A stretch of 61,134 nucleotides of DNA from positions 1 through 61,134 of the forward strand of contig JBFMCO010000046.1 in assembly GCA_040754495.1 (NCBI GenBank), written 5' to 3'. The position numbers and the translations under genes were made by a program. Positions 1 through 8,923 of this stretch are shown here, piece after piece. The notes under the pieces are model-generated. The model saw only the letters and a list, made by a program, of their open reading frames with translations, was not told the origin of the DNA and did not search any database. This DNA comes from Candidatus Micrarchaeota archaeon. GTDB taxonomy: Archaea > Micrarchaeota > Micrarchaeia > Anstonellales > Bilamarchaeaceae. Numbering within the stretch: position 1 is the stretch's first letter; every line of letters starts with the position of its first letter.

Positions 1-119
1 TCAAGAAGCCACTGTGGAATAGGTATTATCGGAACATACATGCGGTCCAGCAGTCTATCCGCAACTTTGTCAAGAAGGGTTTCGTGATGCCCAAAATGTT
101 CGCCTATTTATGTCCCTGA
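1..119 (+). mobile_element. 3' tail of putative IS630-family transposase and element right end (partial, runs off window)
   Basis: Frame +3 is open from the window edge to TGA 117-119 and reads KKPLWNRYYRNIHAVQQSIRNFVKKGFVMPKMFAYLCP. This resembles the C-terminal helix that follows the DDE Glu in IS630 transposases. It is immediately followed by TA (121-122), the IS630 target dinucleotide. Confidence 0.5.
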
Positions 120-120
120 C

Positions 121-810
121 TATGAGAAATGTCTTCAGGACTTTTATGAACGTCGTTTAAAGACAATCGATGGCCTCCAGCTTAAGCGAGTCCTCGCCAG
201 AAAAAACCCCTACCTCTACAAGGCACTCGCAACTGAAAAAGCGTCCGATATCGTCGAAAAAATATTGGCGGATTATGTAAGTTCTTCAGATGAAACAATC
301 TTCGGCGATGCGTTCTTCGAACCAATCGCCCTGGCTGTTTCTGGGGGTAAAGTGTCCGAAGCACCGGGAGTTGATTTCAGCATAGAATCAAAAAAGAAAT
401 TCGTCGCCGTAGCCCTTAAATCAGGCCCGAACATCTACAATTCAAGCCAGAAGAAGCGGCAGTCCGACGAGTTCAACAGTTTACGTAGTCGCCTCCTAAA
501 ACTGCACAAGCAGTTTGATCCCATCCTTGGTCATGCCTATGGCAAGCTAAATAAAAAACCCCAAAAAGACCTCTCGTACCGTGATTTATCTGGGCAGGCT
601 TTTTGGGAAGAGGTTACCGGCGATTCCGATTTCTATCTCAAGCTTATTCGCTTGATGAAAGAGAAACCGACAGAATACAAGAAGCAGTACCAAGTTGCAT
701 GGGACGCAGCCGTAAATCGATTTACTCTCGAGTTCGCGAAGGACTTTTGTTTCAAGGACGGGCGGATTGATTGGGAAAGGTTTACCAAATACGTTAGTAG
801 CACAAGATAA
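121..810 (+). pseudogene. Type II restriction endonuclease, EcoO109I/PmeII-like, 5'-truncated
   Basis: Frame +1 from 121 reads YEKCLQDFYERRLKTIDGLQLKRVLARKNPYLYKA...SSDETIFG...GVD...LKSGPN...GQAFWE..TGD...FTLEF...DGRIDWE, which matches the family pattern. Conserved sequence begins well upstream of the track start (TTG 265), yet there is no in-frame start codon between the stop at 85-87 and 265. Confidence 0.7.
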
Positions 811-825
811 CCTCTCATCTCCAAT

Positions 826-1617
826 CTATTCAAAATACTCCTTCAGCTTCCTGACGTCGGTCTTCGCGCTGAAAATCTTATCCAGCGTCGTCGCCAGCTC
901 CTCTTTCGTGGCATGATGGACGTAACGCTGCAAGCTGTCGAGGCGGGTATGCCCCGAGAACGTCTGCAGCTTGAAGATGTCCCCTCCGACGGCCCGCGCG
1001 ACCTCCGTTATACCGTTGTGCCTCAGCGAATGGCTCGAAAGTCGGTACAGCGGCCGGCCGTCCCGCGAAACCGCGTACGCTGTCGCTAGGCCGCACTTCA
1101 CGACGCTCTCCCTGAACAGCTTCCGTGCATAGTTCTCATTCAGGTGCGGCATCGCCTGCTTCTTGTTCGTCGGAGGCTTATCCGAGAACCAGAGGCAGTT
1201 GTCGCACAGCCGTATCGCCTCGCGGTTCTTGTCCAGGTACACCGCGAGGCGGCTGAACATCTCAATCGGGATGGTCTTCTCCATGTTCCGCCCGGTCTTG
1301 GGCTCCCTGATGATGGCGGTCCTCCTGAAGAGGTCGAGGTCGGACACCCGCATCTTCACAACCTCGGAGATGCGCAGCGCGAGGCACATTTGCATCCCGA
1401 ACATGAGGCGATACTTCTCGTTCGGCAATCCCTCGAAGAACGCCTTCAGCTCCTCGGAGTTGAACGTCCTGTCCACGCCGGCGGAGAGGTTGGCGTCCTG
1501 ATTGTAAAGCTCCTTCCTGACGCGGTTCACGACCTTGGAAATCCTCTTCAGCTGGTTATCGCTGAGCGTCAGGCAGAACTCCTTCAAGCGAGCGAAAAAC
1601 GCAGAATCGAGGCGCAC
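826..1617 (-). CDS. Tyrosine recombinase/integrase (start uncertain: GTG 1617, or C-terminal part of a split integrase)
   Basis: All catalytic residues are visible: LALRISE (R), EPKTG (K), SHSLRH (HxxR), SGH and LQRYVH (Y). The gene lies directly downstream of the tRNA-Asp 3' end, and the frame stays open to 1800 through the tRNA. Confidence 0.88.
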   Translation of the reverse strand: MRLDSAFFARLKEFCLTLSDNQLKRISKVVNRVRKELYNQDANLSAGVDRTFNSEELKAFFEGLPNEKYRLMFGMQMCLALRISEVVKMRVSDLDLFRRTAIIREPKTGRNMEKTIPIEMFSRLAVYLDKNREAIRLCDNCLWFSDKPPTNKKQAMPHLNENYARKLFRESVVKCGLATAYAVSRDGRPLYRLSSHSLRHNGITEVARAVGGDIFKLQTFSGHTRLDSLQRYVHHATKEELATTLDKIFSAKTDVRKLKEYFE

Positions 1618-1649
1618 CCGTTTATGTGGTAATCGACGATAAAATAAGT

Positions 1650-1796
1650 CGCCTTGGCCGGGATTCGAACCCGGGTCGCGAGAGTTCCGTTCCGCCTTAC
1701 AGCCCGTTTTGGGCCGCCTTTTCCTAAAAGGCGGAATGACAGTCTCGTATGCTGGACCAGTACGCAAGAGCGTAGCTCTTTCTACACTACCAAGGC
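1650..1796 (-). tRNA. tRNA-Asp(GTC) with two introns (1761-1780, 20 nt, D-loop at about 16/17; 1685-1736, 52 nt, canonical 37/38)
   Basis: Removing both introns gives a 75-nt cloverleaf: GCCTTGG TA GTGT AGACTGGTCCA GCAT A CGAGA CTGTCAC TCTCG CGAC CCGGG TTCGAAT CCCGG CCAAGGC G. Both introns can be drawn with bulge-helix-bulge junctions. Confidence 0.93.
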
Positions 1797-1854
1797 ACAA
1801 TCAGCTTATCGTTACTACTGACTTAGTTTTAAAAAAGAATCGCTGGGGCCCATG

Positions 1855-4425
1855 CTAAGCCGCATTCTTCGCCCGCGCCGCGGTCCTCCTCTGCTCCATG
1901 GCATAGAATATCCTCTTGCTTATCTCGACGACCGCCACGTACGAGGCGACTATGCCAAGGACCATGCCGAGCACCATCAGCGGAATCTGCGCGAACTGGA
2001 AGAACGGCCCGAGCGGAGAATATGCCATCCCTATGACAAGCAGGCCGCAGAGGACCGATGCGGCGACGAGCAGGTGGCCGGGCCTGGACTGGTATATCGG
2101 CTTGTAGGACCTTATCGCGAAGATGACGCATATCTCGCTCAGCGCGGATTCGACGAACCAGACGCTCCTGAAAAGGTCCGTCTGCGCGCTGAGCACGAAC
2201 AGGATTACCGCCATCGTTATCAGGTCGAACACCGAGCTTATCAGGCCGAAAAACACCATGAAGCGCTTCATCTGCCCGATGTCCCATTTCTTGGGCTTGC
2301 GCAGCTCGTCCTTGTTCACGGTGTCGGTGGATATCGTGAGCATGGGGACGTCCGTTAGCAGGTTGTTCAGCAGTATCTGCGACGGGAGCAGCGGTATGAA
2401 CGGCAGGAACAGCGAAGCGATGGAGAGCGTGAACATGTTGCCGAAATTCGCGCTGATTGTGGAGTTGATATACTTGATTATGTTGTTGAAGGTCTTCCTT
2501 CCCTCTGCGATGCCATTCGCCACGACGTTCAGGCTCTTGCTCATGAGCACGACGTCCGCGGCATCCTTGGCTATGTCGGCCCCGTTCTTCACCGAGATGC
2601 CGACGTCCGCCGCCTTCAGGGAGGGGGCGTCGTTAACGCCGTCGCCCATGAAGCCGACTATGTGGCCGTTTGCACGCAGGGCGTTCACGATTGCGAGCTT
2701 GTCGCTCGGCGCGACCCTCGCGTATATGTTGTGCGTCTTCACGCTCTGCCGCAGCTCCTCCTCGTTCATGCCTGCAAGGTCCTCGCCCTGCAGTATGATT
2801 CCGGACTTGTTTACCACTCCGACCTGCTTGCAGATGTTCTCGGTGACAAGCGGGCCGTCCCCGGTCAGGACGTATATGTCCACCCCCAGCTTCCTGAAGC
2901 TATCAAGTGCCGGCAGCGCATCCTTCTTTGGCGGGTCCATCAGGATGAGAAATCCCATGAACAAGAGCCCCTCCTCGTCGTCCTTGGTGTAGTCCTTTTT
3001 CGTCCCCGCCTCCTTGTACGCCACCGCGATGACGCGGTATCCCTCGGAGCCGAATCCCTCGCCCATGCTCCTGACGCGGCTTATGATCTTCGAGAAAGGC
3101 ACCGCCTTCCCCCCCATCTTGCCCTTCCTGCATACCGGGAGGATGGTTTCCGGCGCTCCCTTCGCTATGAGAATCCGCCTGCCCGCTTTCTCGACCACCG
3201 TGCTCATCCGCTTGCGCTCGTAATCGAATGCTATTACCTCGAGCTGCTTGTAGGGCTTGAGCTTTTGGAGGTCGAATTTGGAAATGGCGTACGTCCAGAT
3301 GGCCGAATCCACCGTGCCGCCCTTGACTCTTCCATGGTGCACGATGGCAGTATTGCACAGGAGCGAATAGGCCAGGATGGCCTCATCCTCCTTCCCGTCC
3401 GAATCCACATACCGGATAAGCTCGACGCGGTTCTCGGTGAGCGTCCCTGTCTTGTCCGCGCAAAGGACCGTCATGTTCCCCAAATCCTCAATGGCCTGCA
3501 GCCTTTTCACCGCGACGTTCTTCTTCACGAGCGTCATGGCCCCCTGCGAGAGGCCGATGGTGATTATCACCGGCAGGAGCTCGGGCGTGATGCCGACGGC
3601 TATGGCGAGGGCGAAAAGGAAAGACTCGAGCAGGCCGTGGCCGAGCACGCTGTTTATCAGGAACACGAACACGGTCATGGCGAGTATCACGCGGACAAGC
3701 ATGTCGCCGAAGCTGCGTATGCTCTTCTCGAAGTCTGTGGGGGGCTCTGCGTTCCCGAGCGCCTTCGCGCTCTTTCCGAGATACGTCTCCCTGCCGGTGG
3801 CTATCACCACCGCCTTGCCGTGGCCTGCCGTGATGGTCGAGCCCATGAAGACGGTGTTCGACAGCTCGTGCACCGGCACCTTGTCTTTATCGATGGGCCC
3901 TGCCTCCTTATGGACCGGGTTCGATTCGCCGGTGAGTATGGATTCGTTAGTTTCAAGCTCGTTGGCCTCCATCAGCCTGGCGTCCGCGGGCACTATGTCG
4001 CCAATCGAAACGAGAACCAGGTCTCCGGTGACGAGCTCGCGCGCCTCTATCTCGACCGCCTGGCCCCCCCGGAGCACCCTGGCGGTCATGGACACGTATT
4101 TGCGCAGCTCCTCGAGCGCCTTTTCCGAGCGGTATTCCTGCACGAATCCCAGCACCGCGTTCACGAGCACGATGGCGAGGATGATGATAGCCTCGGTCTG
4201 CTCACCGAGGAAGAACGCGGTGGCCGTCGCCCCGATGAGTATGTATATCAGGGGATTCTGGAACTGAGAGACGAAAATCCCGAGCGGCGTCTTCTTGTCC
4301 GCAGCCTGTATCTCGTTCGGGCCGTGCTCGGCAAGCCTTTCCTTGGCTTCCTTGGGGCTGAGGCCGGCATCGCTCGTGGAATAGGCGGAGAAAACCGCGT
4401 CGCGCCCCATCTGCCAGTGCTCCAT
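1855..4425 (-). CDS. mgtA: Magnesium-translocating P-type ATPase
   Basis: Motifs TGES, PELLP, DKTGTLT (phosphorylation site), KGAPE, TGD and GDGVNDAPSL, with about 10 TM helices. The PELLP and SANFGN context fits the MgtA subfamily. Confidence 0.85.
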   Translation of the reverse strand: MEHWQMGRDAVFSAYSTSDAGLSPKEAKERLAEHGPNEIQAADKKTPLGIFVSQFQNPLIYILIGATATAFFLGEQTEAIIILAIVLVNAVLGFVQEYRSEKALEELRKYVSMTARVLRGGQAVEIEARELVTGDLVLVSIGDIVPADARLMEANELETNESILTGESNPVHKEAGPIDKDKVPVHELSNTVFMGSTITAGHGKAVVIATGRETYLGKSAKALGNAEPPTDFEKSIRSFGDMLVRVILAMTVFVFLINSVLGHGLLESFLFALAIAVGITPELLPVIITIGLSQGAMTLVKKNVAVKRLQAIEDLGNMTVLCADKTGTLTENRVELIRYVDSDGKEDEAILAYSLLCNTAIVHHGRVKGGTVDSAIWTYAISKFDLQKLKPYKQLEVIAFDYERKRMSTVVEKAGRRILIAKGAPETILPVCRKGKMGGKAVPFSKIISRVRSMGEGFGSEGYRVIAVAYKEAGTKKDYTKDDEEGLLFMGFLILMDPPKKDALPALDSFRKLGVDIYVLTGDGPLVTENICKQVGVVNKSGIILQGEDLAGMNEEELRQSVKTHNIYARVAPSDKLAIVNALRANGHIVGFMGDGVNDAPSLKAADVGISVKNGADIAKDAADVVLMSKSLNVVANGIAEGRKTFNNIIKYINSTISANFGNMFTLSIASLFLPFIPLLPSQILLNNLLTDVPMLTISTDTVNKDELRKPKKWDIGQMKRFMVFFGLISSVFDLITMAVILFVLSAQTDLFRSVWFVESALSEICVIFAIRSYKPIYQSRPGHLLVAASVLCGLLVIGMAYSPLGPFFQFAQIPLMVLGMVLGIVASYVAVVEISKRIFYAMEQRRTAARAKNAA

Positions 4426-4475
4426 GCCCCCTACTCTCCGCATAGGTTAAATTAGGTTCCTGGGCTATTCCTCCG

Positions 4476-5327
4476 ATGATAGACCTGCACGCCCACACGA
4501 CCGCTTCCGACGGCACGCTCGGCTTCGATGAGCTTGTCACGGAAGCCGCCCGCGCGGGGCTGAGGGCAATAGCAATCACCGACCATGACAACGTGTGCAG
4601 CGCAGGCCTGATTACCGGCAACGAGCCGCTTGAGGTCATAGCCGGAGTGGAGCTCTCCGTATTCGACCGGGAAAGAGGCTATATGGACGTGCATGTTCTC
4701 GGCCTGTTCATAGACCCGAAACACAAAACCCTGAACTCAAAACTCGATACCCTCCAAGCGGAGCGCGAAGCCCAGAAGCGCGAGACCGTGGAGAAGCTGC
4801 GGGAACTCGGCTACGAAATCACATTCGAGGAGGTAAAGGCCGAGGCAAAAGGAGTCGCCGGCAGGCCGCACATCGCGAGAGTCCTGCTCAGGAAATACCC
4901 GAAAGAATTCGCCTCCCTCGCGTCCGTTTTCGACAAGCTCCTTGGCCGCGGAAAGCCTGCTTATATTGAGCGCGAGGCCGGATTCTCCCTCTCCGAGGCC
5001 GTCAGGCTCGTCCATGGCGCGGGCGGCCTCGCCGTCCTCGCGCACCCGTTCGTCTATCCGTACGATGCGGAAAAACTGCTCCGGGATTTCAAGGGGGCCG
5101 GGGGCGACGGCGTGGAGACATATTACGATTACATCAAGAATCGTCCTGAAGTCAAAACCACCAAAACCCAAAACTCAAAACTCACAACCCTCGCCAGGAA
5201 ACTGGCTGCCGGATGCGGCCTGCTGGAGTCCGGCGGGAGCGATTTCCACGGGGCGAACAAGGGCCAGGAGCTGGGGCAATTCGGCGCTCCGGATTGGATA
5301 TTGGATAGATTGAAGAAGGCGTTATGA
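4476..5327 (+). CDS. PHP-domain metal-dependent phosphoesterase (TrpH/YciV-like)
   Basis: DLHAHTTASDG, AITDHD, GRPHIA, LAHP and GGSDFHG. Confidence 0.9.
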   Translation: MIDLHAHTTASDGTLGFDELVTEAARAGLRAIAITDHDNVCSAGLITGNEPLEVIAGVELSVFDRERGYMDVHVLGLFIDPKHKTLNSKLDTLQAEREAQKRETVEKLRELGYEITFEEVKAEAKGVAGRPHIARVLLRKYPKEFASLASVFDKLLGRGKPAYIEREAGFSLSEAVRLVHGAGGLAVLAHPFVYPYDAEKLLRDFKGAGGDGVETYYDYIKNRPEVKTTKTQNSKLTTLARKLAAGCGLLESGGSDFHGANKGQELGQFGAPDWILDRLKKAL

Positions 5328-5367
5328 ATGAAAGTCCCTGCCTGTCATCGGTAAAATAATCCGGCGC

Positions 5368-6462
5368 TCATATCCTGACCGCACGTTCTGATTCAAGAAG
5401 CTGCAGAAGGGACTCGCAGCACATCCCGAATTTTTCGCCAGAGAAGCAGGCGCAGGATTCGTCCCTTCCCATATTCCTAAGTACATCCGCCAGCATTTTC
5501 CGGTATTCCGAGTAGTCTACTCCTGAGCCGATGCCGTACTCATATTCGTACACCTTGTAGGCCAGCCATCTCAGGTATAATGGAAGGAATTTCATGCTGA
5601 CCGCCTGCTCAGCGCGGCCAAGGCATTGCTTCGTAATTAGTCGCTGGTATGCCTCGTTTGTATCGTAAATTGCACGGAGCCCTTCCGGCAAAGAATCGGC
5701 GTAATCGGCTGCCGCGCCCGGATTTGCGAGGAATTCGGCCGCCTCCGCGGCATGGAGCACCCCTACAAACAGCCTTGTGTCCAGGAGCTCCGCCCGCCAG
5801 TGGGCGGTCCTTGCCGCGAGAAGGCTCTTAAAAGTCGTTCTTTTCTCCACGTATTGCCTCACTGCCCCCTCCGGAAGACCGCTGACGCGTCTGAGCGATT
5901 CCGTCTCGATGCGTTTCATCTCCTCCACTGTCATACGGTCAATCCAGGTGCACTGGAAAAAATCAGCCAGCATCCTCTCGGTTTCTTCAGGAGCATACGC
6001 CAGCCGTATTGCATCCGTCAGGTCGATTGCCGACCCCTGCGCCCTGCCCCTCGCTTCAGCATCGATCAGAACCTGCTCGGCTTCGTCCCATGGGAATATG
6101 GAATGCCACTCGAACCTCTCGCAGAACCTCAGCCTCGGCCTATCGTCTATGAGCGATTCCGCGATATAATCCCTGATTCCGAGCCGCTCTGCTTTTCCGG
6201 TCTTCTTTGCCAGCGCCCCTTCTGCCAGTTCGGTCTCATAGCCTTCCGCAAGGATGTAATCCAGCGGAGCGAACTGCGAAACCGCAGCGTCGATTGCGTT
6301 TGCCGCGTCACCGCCGTATTTTTTGAACTCGCCGCCGTGGCCGTGCATGAAGCCGAAAACAGTTATCGTCCTCCTTCCAGTGGCCGATTCCCGCTCAATT
6401 GCCGGAAAGCGGCCTGAGACCGGGCCACTGCCTGGCTGGAGGGGCACTTTCAGGGCGCTCAT
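5368..6462 (-). CDS. Hypothetical protein, possible TraB/Tiki-like fold with C-terminal SEC-C-like motif
   Basis: 364-aa ORF. Contains ITVFGFMHG...YILAEG and R..W.....LFVGVLH patterns, plus C-terminal CACFSGEKFGMCC. Confidence 0.6.
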   Translation of the reverse strand: MSALKVPLQPGSGPVSGRFPAIERESATGRRTITVFGFMHGHGGEFKKYGGDAANAIDAAVSQFAPLDYILAEGYETELAEGALAKKTGKAERLGIRDYIAESLIDDRPRLRFCERFEWHSIFPWDEAEQVLIDAEARGRAQGSAIDLTDAIRLAYAPEETERMLADFFQCTWIDRMTVEEMKRIETESLRRVSGLPEGAVRQYVEKRTTFKSLLAARTAHWRAELLDTRLFVGVLHAAEAAEFLANPGAAADYADSLPEGLRAIYDTNEAYQRLITKQCLGRAEQAVSMKFLPLYLRWLAYKVYEYEYGIGSGVDYSEYRKMLADVLRNMGRDESCACFSGEKFGMCCESLLQLLESERAVRI

Positions 6463-7154
6463 CTTGCGAACCCCTTTCTGTATACGGTCATTGCTCTTCC
6501 GTGCGGATCAACCGCAACTTTGCCGGAGAGCTTAAGCATCTCGCCCTTTTGAGAAATCCCGAACCCGGCGTTTTCCGCATTCTCGACTAATTTTCCCTTC
6601 TCCGCGTTCAGCCAGGCCTGGGTTTTCCTTACAAGCTCTTTCCAGTCCGGCCTCTGGAAGAAATCGCTGCGCTCAATCGTGGGCCGCCACGATTCATACT
6701 CACCATACCCCGGGTCCATTAGCTTTGTGCGGGCATAAGCCATCTCAAGGAGAATCGCCTGGTATTGCGGGATTGTCCCCGTGTCGTCCCCGAAATCCGG
6801 CACCCGTATGGCCGCGAGGCAGTGGAAAGCCATCAGTTGCGGAAGGATGGCAGCGACGTTGGTCGGAGACCTAAGATGCCTGTTGAAGAAGAGGTATTGC
6901 TCATCCAACCTCGCCATTATCCCTGCGAACTTCTCCATCTCGAAGAGCCGCAAGAGCTCGGATTCTTTCACGATGGCTGCACGGACTGCCACGCTGAAAT
7001 CGCCGAGTTCCACCGGAACGACGACCTTTCTTGATCTGCCGTATATGCGCCTCGCCGTTTCGAATGGGTCCTCGAGCGACAGTTTAAGCTCAATTGTGCA
7101 TTCCAGGCACTGCTCCAGGGCGAGCTGGGGCGTCATGGATAGTGTGAGTTGCAT
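6459..7154 (-). CDS. Hypothetical protein
   Basis: 231-aa ORF whose stop overlaps the start of the next gene by 4 bp. An AT-rich promoter-like region lies upstream. Confidence 0.65.
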   Translation of the reverse strand: MQLTLSMTPQLALEQCLECTIELKLSLEDPFETARRIYGRSRKVVVPVELGDFSVAVRAAIVKESELLRLFEMEKFAGIMARLDEQYLFFNRHLRSPTNVAAILPQLMAFHCLAAIRVPDFGDDTGTIPQYQAILLEMAYARTKLMDPGYGEYESWRPTIERSDFFQRPDWKELVRKTQAWLNAEKGKLVENAENAGFGISQKGEMLKLSGKVAVDPHGRAMTVYRKGFAR

Positions 7155-7324
7155 GGCAAATTAATGATACGGAGAAGCTATAAAGGTTTCATTTTATGGT
7201 TTCACGTGTTTTTCAAAGCCATCCGGCGCCCACGGCCCCCTCCTGCGGGAAAACCTTTTTAATAGGCCCAATTCATATCGTTTAACTGGTTCTCATAGCA
7301 TTAAAAGCGCCGGAGGAAATTTCC

Positions 7325-8875
7325 ATGAAAATCAGGCGGGCACTGATAAGTGTTTACGACAAGACCGGCGTCATAGAACTGGCCAGGGTGCTGCAGCAGC
7401 TCGGGGTGGAAATCCTCTCAAGCGGCGGGACCGCGAAGCACCTCTCAGACAACGGCGTCAAGGTCATAGAGGTCTCGGACTACACCGGCTCGCCCGAGAT
7501 GATGGACGGCCGGGTGAAGACGCTCCACCCGAAAATCCACGCGGCAATCCTTGCCGACCGCGACAGCAGGAAGCACATGGCCGAGGCCAAGAAGCACGGC
7601 ATCGGCCTCATAGACCTGGTCGTGGTCAATCTCTACCCGTTCGAGGAGACGGTCTCGAAGAACGCCTCCATGAAGGAGATAATAGAGAGCATAGACATCG
7701 GGGGCCCGACGCTTTTGCGCGCGGCTGCCAAGAACTACCGCCATGTCGCTGTTGTCTGCAGGCCCCGGCGCTACCAGTCCCTCGTCGAGGAGCTGAAGCG
7801 CTCGGATGGCTGGCTGGCGGAGAAGACGCTCGAGCGCCTGGCGGTCGACACGTGGGAGCACGTCTCTCACTACGACGTATTCATAGAGCAGTTCTTCAGG
7901 CGCGCATTCGGCTTCCAGGACGAGTTCCCGGACCACCTGAACCTGACGTTCAACAAGAAGCAGGACCTTCGCTACGGCGAGAACCCGCACCAGAGGGCGT
8001 CGGTCTACCGCGACGACCTGTACAGGAACCCATCTTTCCTGGATGCCAAGCAGCTCCAGGGCAAGGAAATCTCCTACAACAACGTGCTGGACTGCAACGC
8101 GGCTTTCAAGCTCATACGCGAGTTCGACGAGCCGACCGGCGTCATAATCAAGCACAACAACCCCTGCGGCGTCGCATCGTCCCAAAGCATACTGGAAGCG
8201 TTCAAGATGGCAAAGTCCGTGGACCCGGAAGCCTCGTTCGGCGGCGTCGTCGCGCTCAACCGGAAGGTGGACGAGGCGCTCGCGAAGGAAATCACGAGCA
8301 AGTTCGTGGACATCGTCCTCGCCCCGGGGTTCGAGGACAAGGCCCTTGAAATCCTGCGCGCGAAGAAGAACATGCGCGTCATGCTCACGCCCGGCCTGAA
8401 TGTGAAGCGCAGCCCGTACCGCAAATACCGCTCCATCCTCGGCGGCCTGCTCGTGCAGGACGCGAACGTCAAGCTGCTCGACCAGACCAAGGTCGTCACG
8501 AGGCGCCAGCCATCCGAGAAGGAGATGAAGGCCCTCCTATACGCATGGAAGATAGTGAAGTACGTCAAGTCGAACGCCATCGTCTTCGCCCGCGAGAACC
8601 GGGCCGTCGGAATCGGGGCCGGGCAGATGAAGCGCATAGACGCGGCGAAGCTCGCGGCCACGATAGCGAAGGATTACGGAGAGGACCTCAGGGGCTGCGC
8701 GATGGCCAGCGACGCCTTCTTCCCGTTCCGCGACGGCATAGATTATGCTGCAAGGCTCGGAATAAGCGCCATCATCCAGCCGGGCGGCTCCATCCGCGAC
8801 GCGGACGTCATCAAGGCCGCGGACGAGCACGGGATTGCGATGGTCTTCACAGGCATACGGCACTTTAGGCACTAA
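7325..8875 (+). CDS. purH: Bifunctional AICAR transformylase/IMP cyclohydrolase
   Basis: [53 protein letters not shown] and QPGGS; C-terminal GIRHFRH; GGAGG RBS. Confidence 0.97.
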   Translation: MKIRRALISVYDKTGVIELARVLQQLGVEILSSGGTAKHLSDNGVKVIEVSDYTGSPEMMDGRVKTLHPKIHAAILADRDSRKHMAEAKKHGIGLIDLVVVNLYPFEETVSKNASMKEIIESIDIGGPTLLRAAAKNYRHVAVVCRPRRYQSLVEELKRSDGWLAEKTLERLAVDTWEHVSHYDVFIEQFFRRAFGFQDEFPDHLNLTFNKKQDLRYGENPHQRASVYRDDLYRNPSFLDAKQLQGKEISYNNVLDCNAAFKLIREFDEPTGVIIKHNNPCGVASSQSILEAFKMAKSVDPEASFGGVVALNRKVDEALAKEITSKFVDIVLAPGFEDKALEILRAKKNMRVMLTPGLNVKRSPYRKYRSILGGLLVQDANVKLLDQTKVVTRRQPSEKEMKALLYAWKIVKYVKSNAIVFARENRAVGIGAGQMKRIDAAKLAATIAKDYGEDLRGCAMASDAFFPFRDGIDYAARLGISAIIQPGGSIRDADVIKAADEHGIAMVFTGIRHFRH

Positions 8876-8923
8876 AACCCACCCATAGCAACAAATAAAA
8901 ACAGTGTGCCGCAATAGCTAATC

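Noticed and set aside
1618-1800. Track start of the integrase at 1800
   Set aside because: This stretch is the tRNA-Asp gene with its introns, so translation from there is implausible. The open frame is kept only as evidence for a split integrase.
2662-4455. 597-aa plus-strand ORF and other long antisense ORFs (e.g. 7445-8185, 41500-43290, 52711-53901, 59528-60391)
   Set aside because: They are shadow frames opposite well-supported genes in GC-rich DNA and have no recognisable motifs.
7155-7324. ZMP/ZTP riboswitch upstream of purH
   Set aside because: I could not find the conserved riboswitch core, and the region reads as divergent AT-rich promoters.
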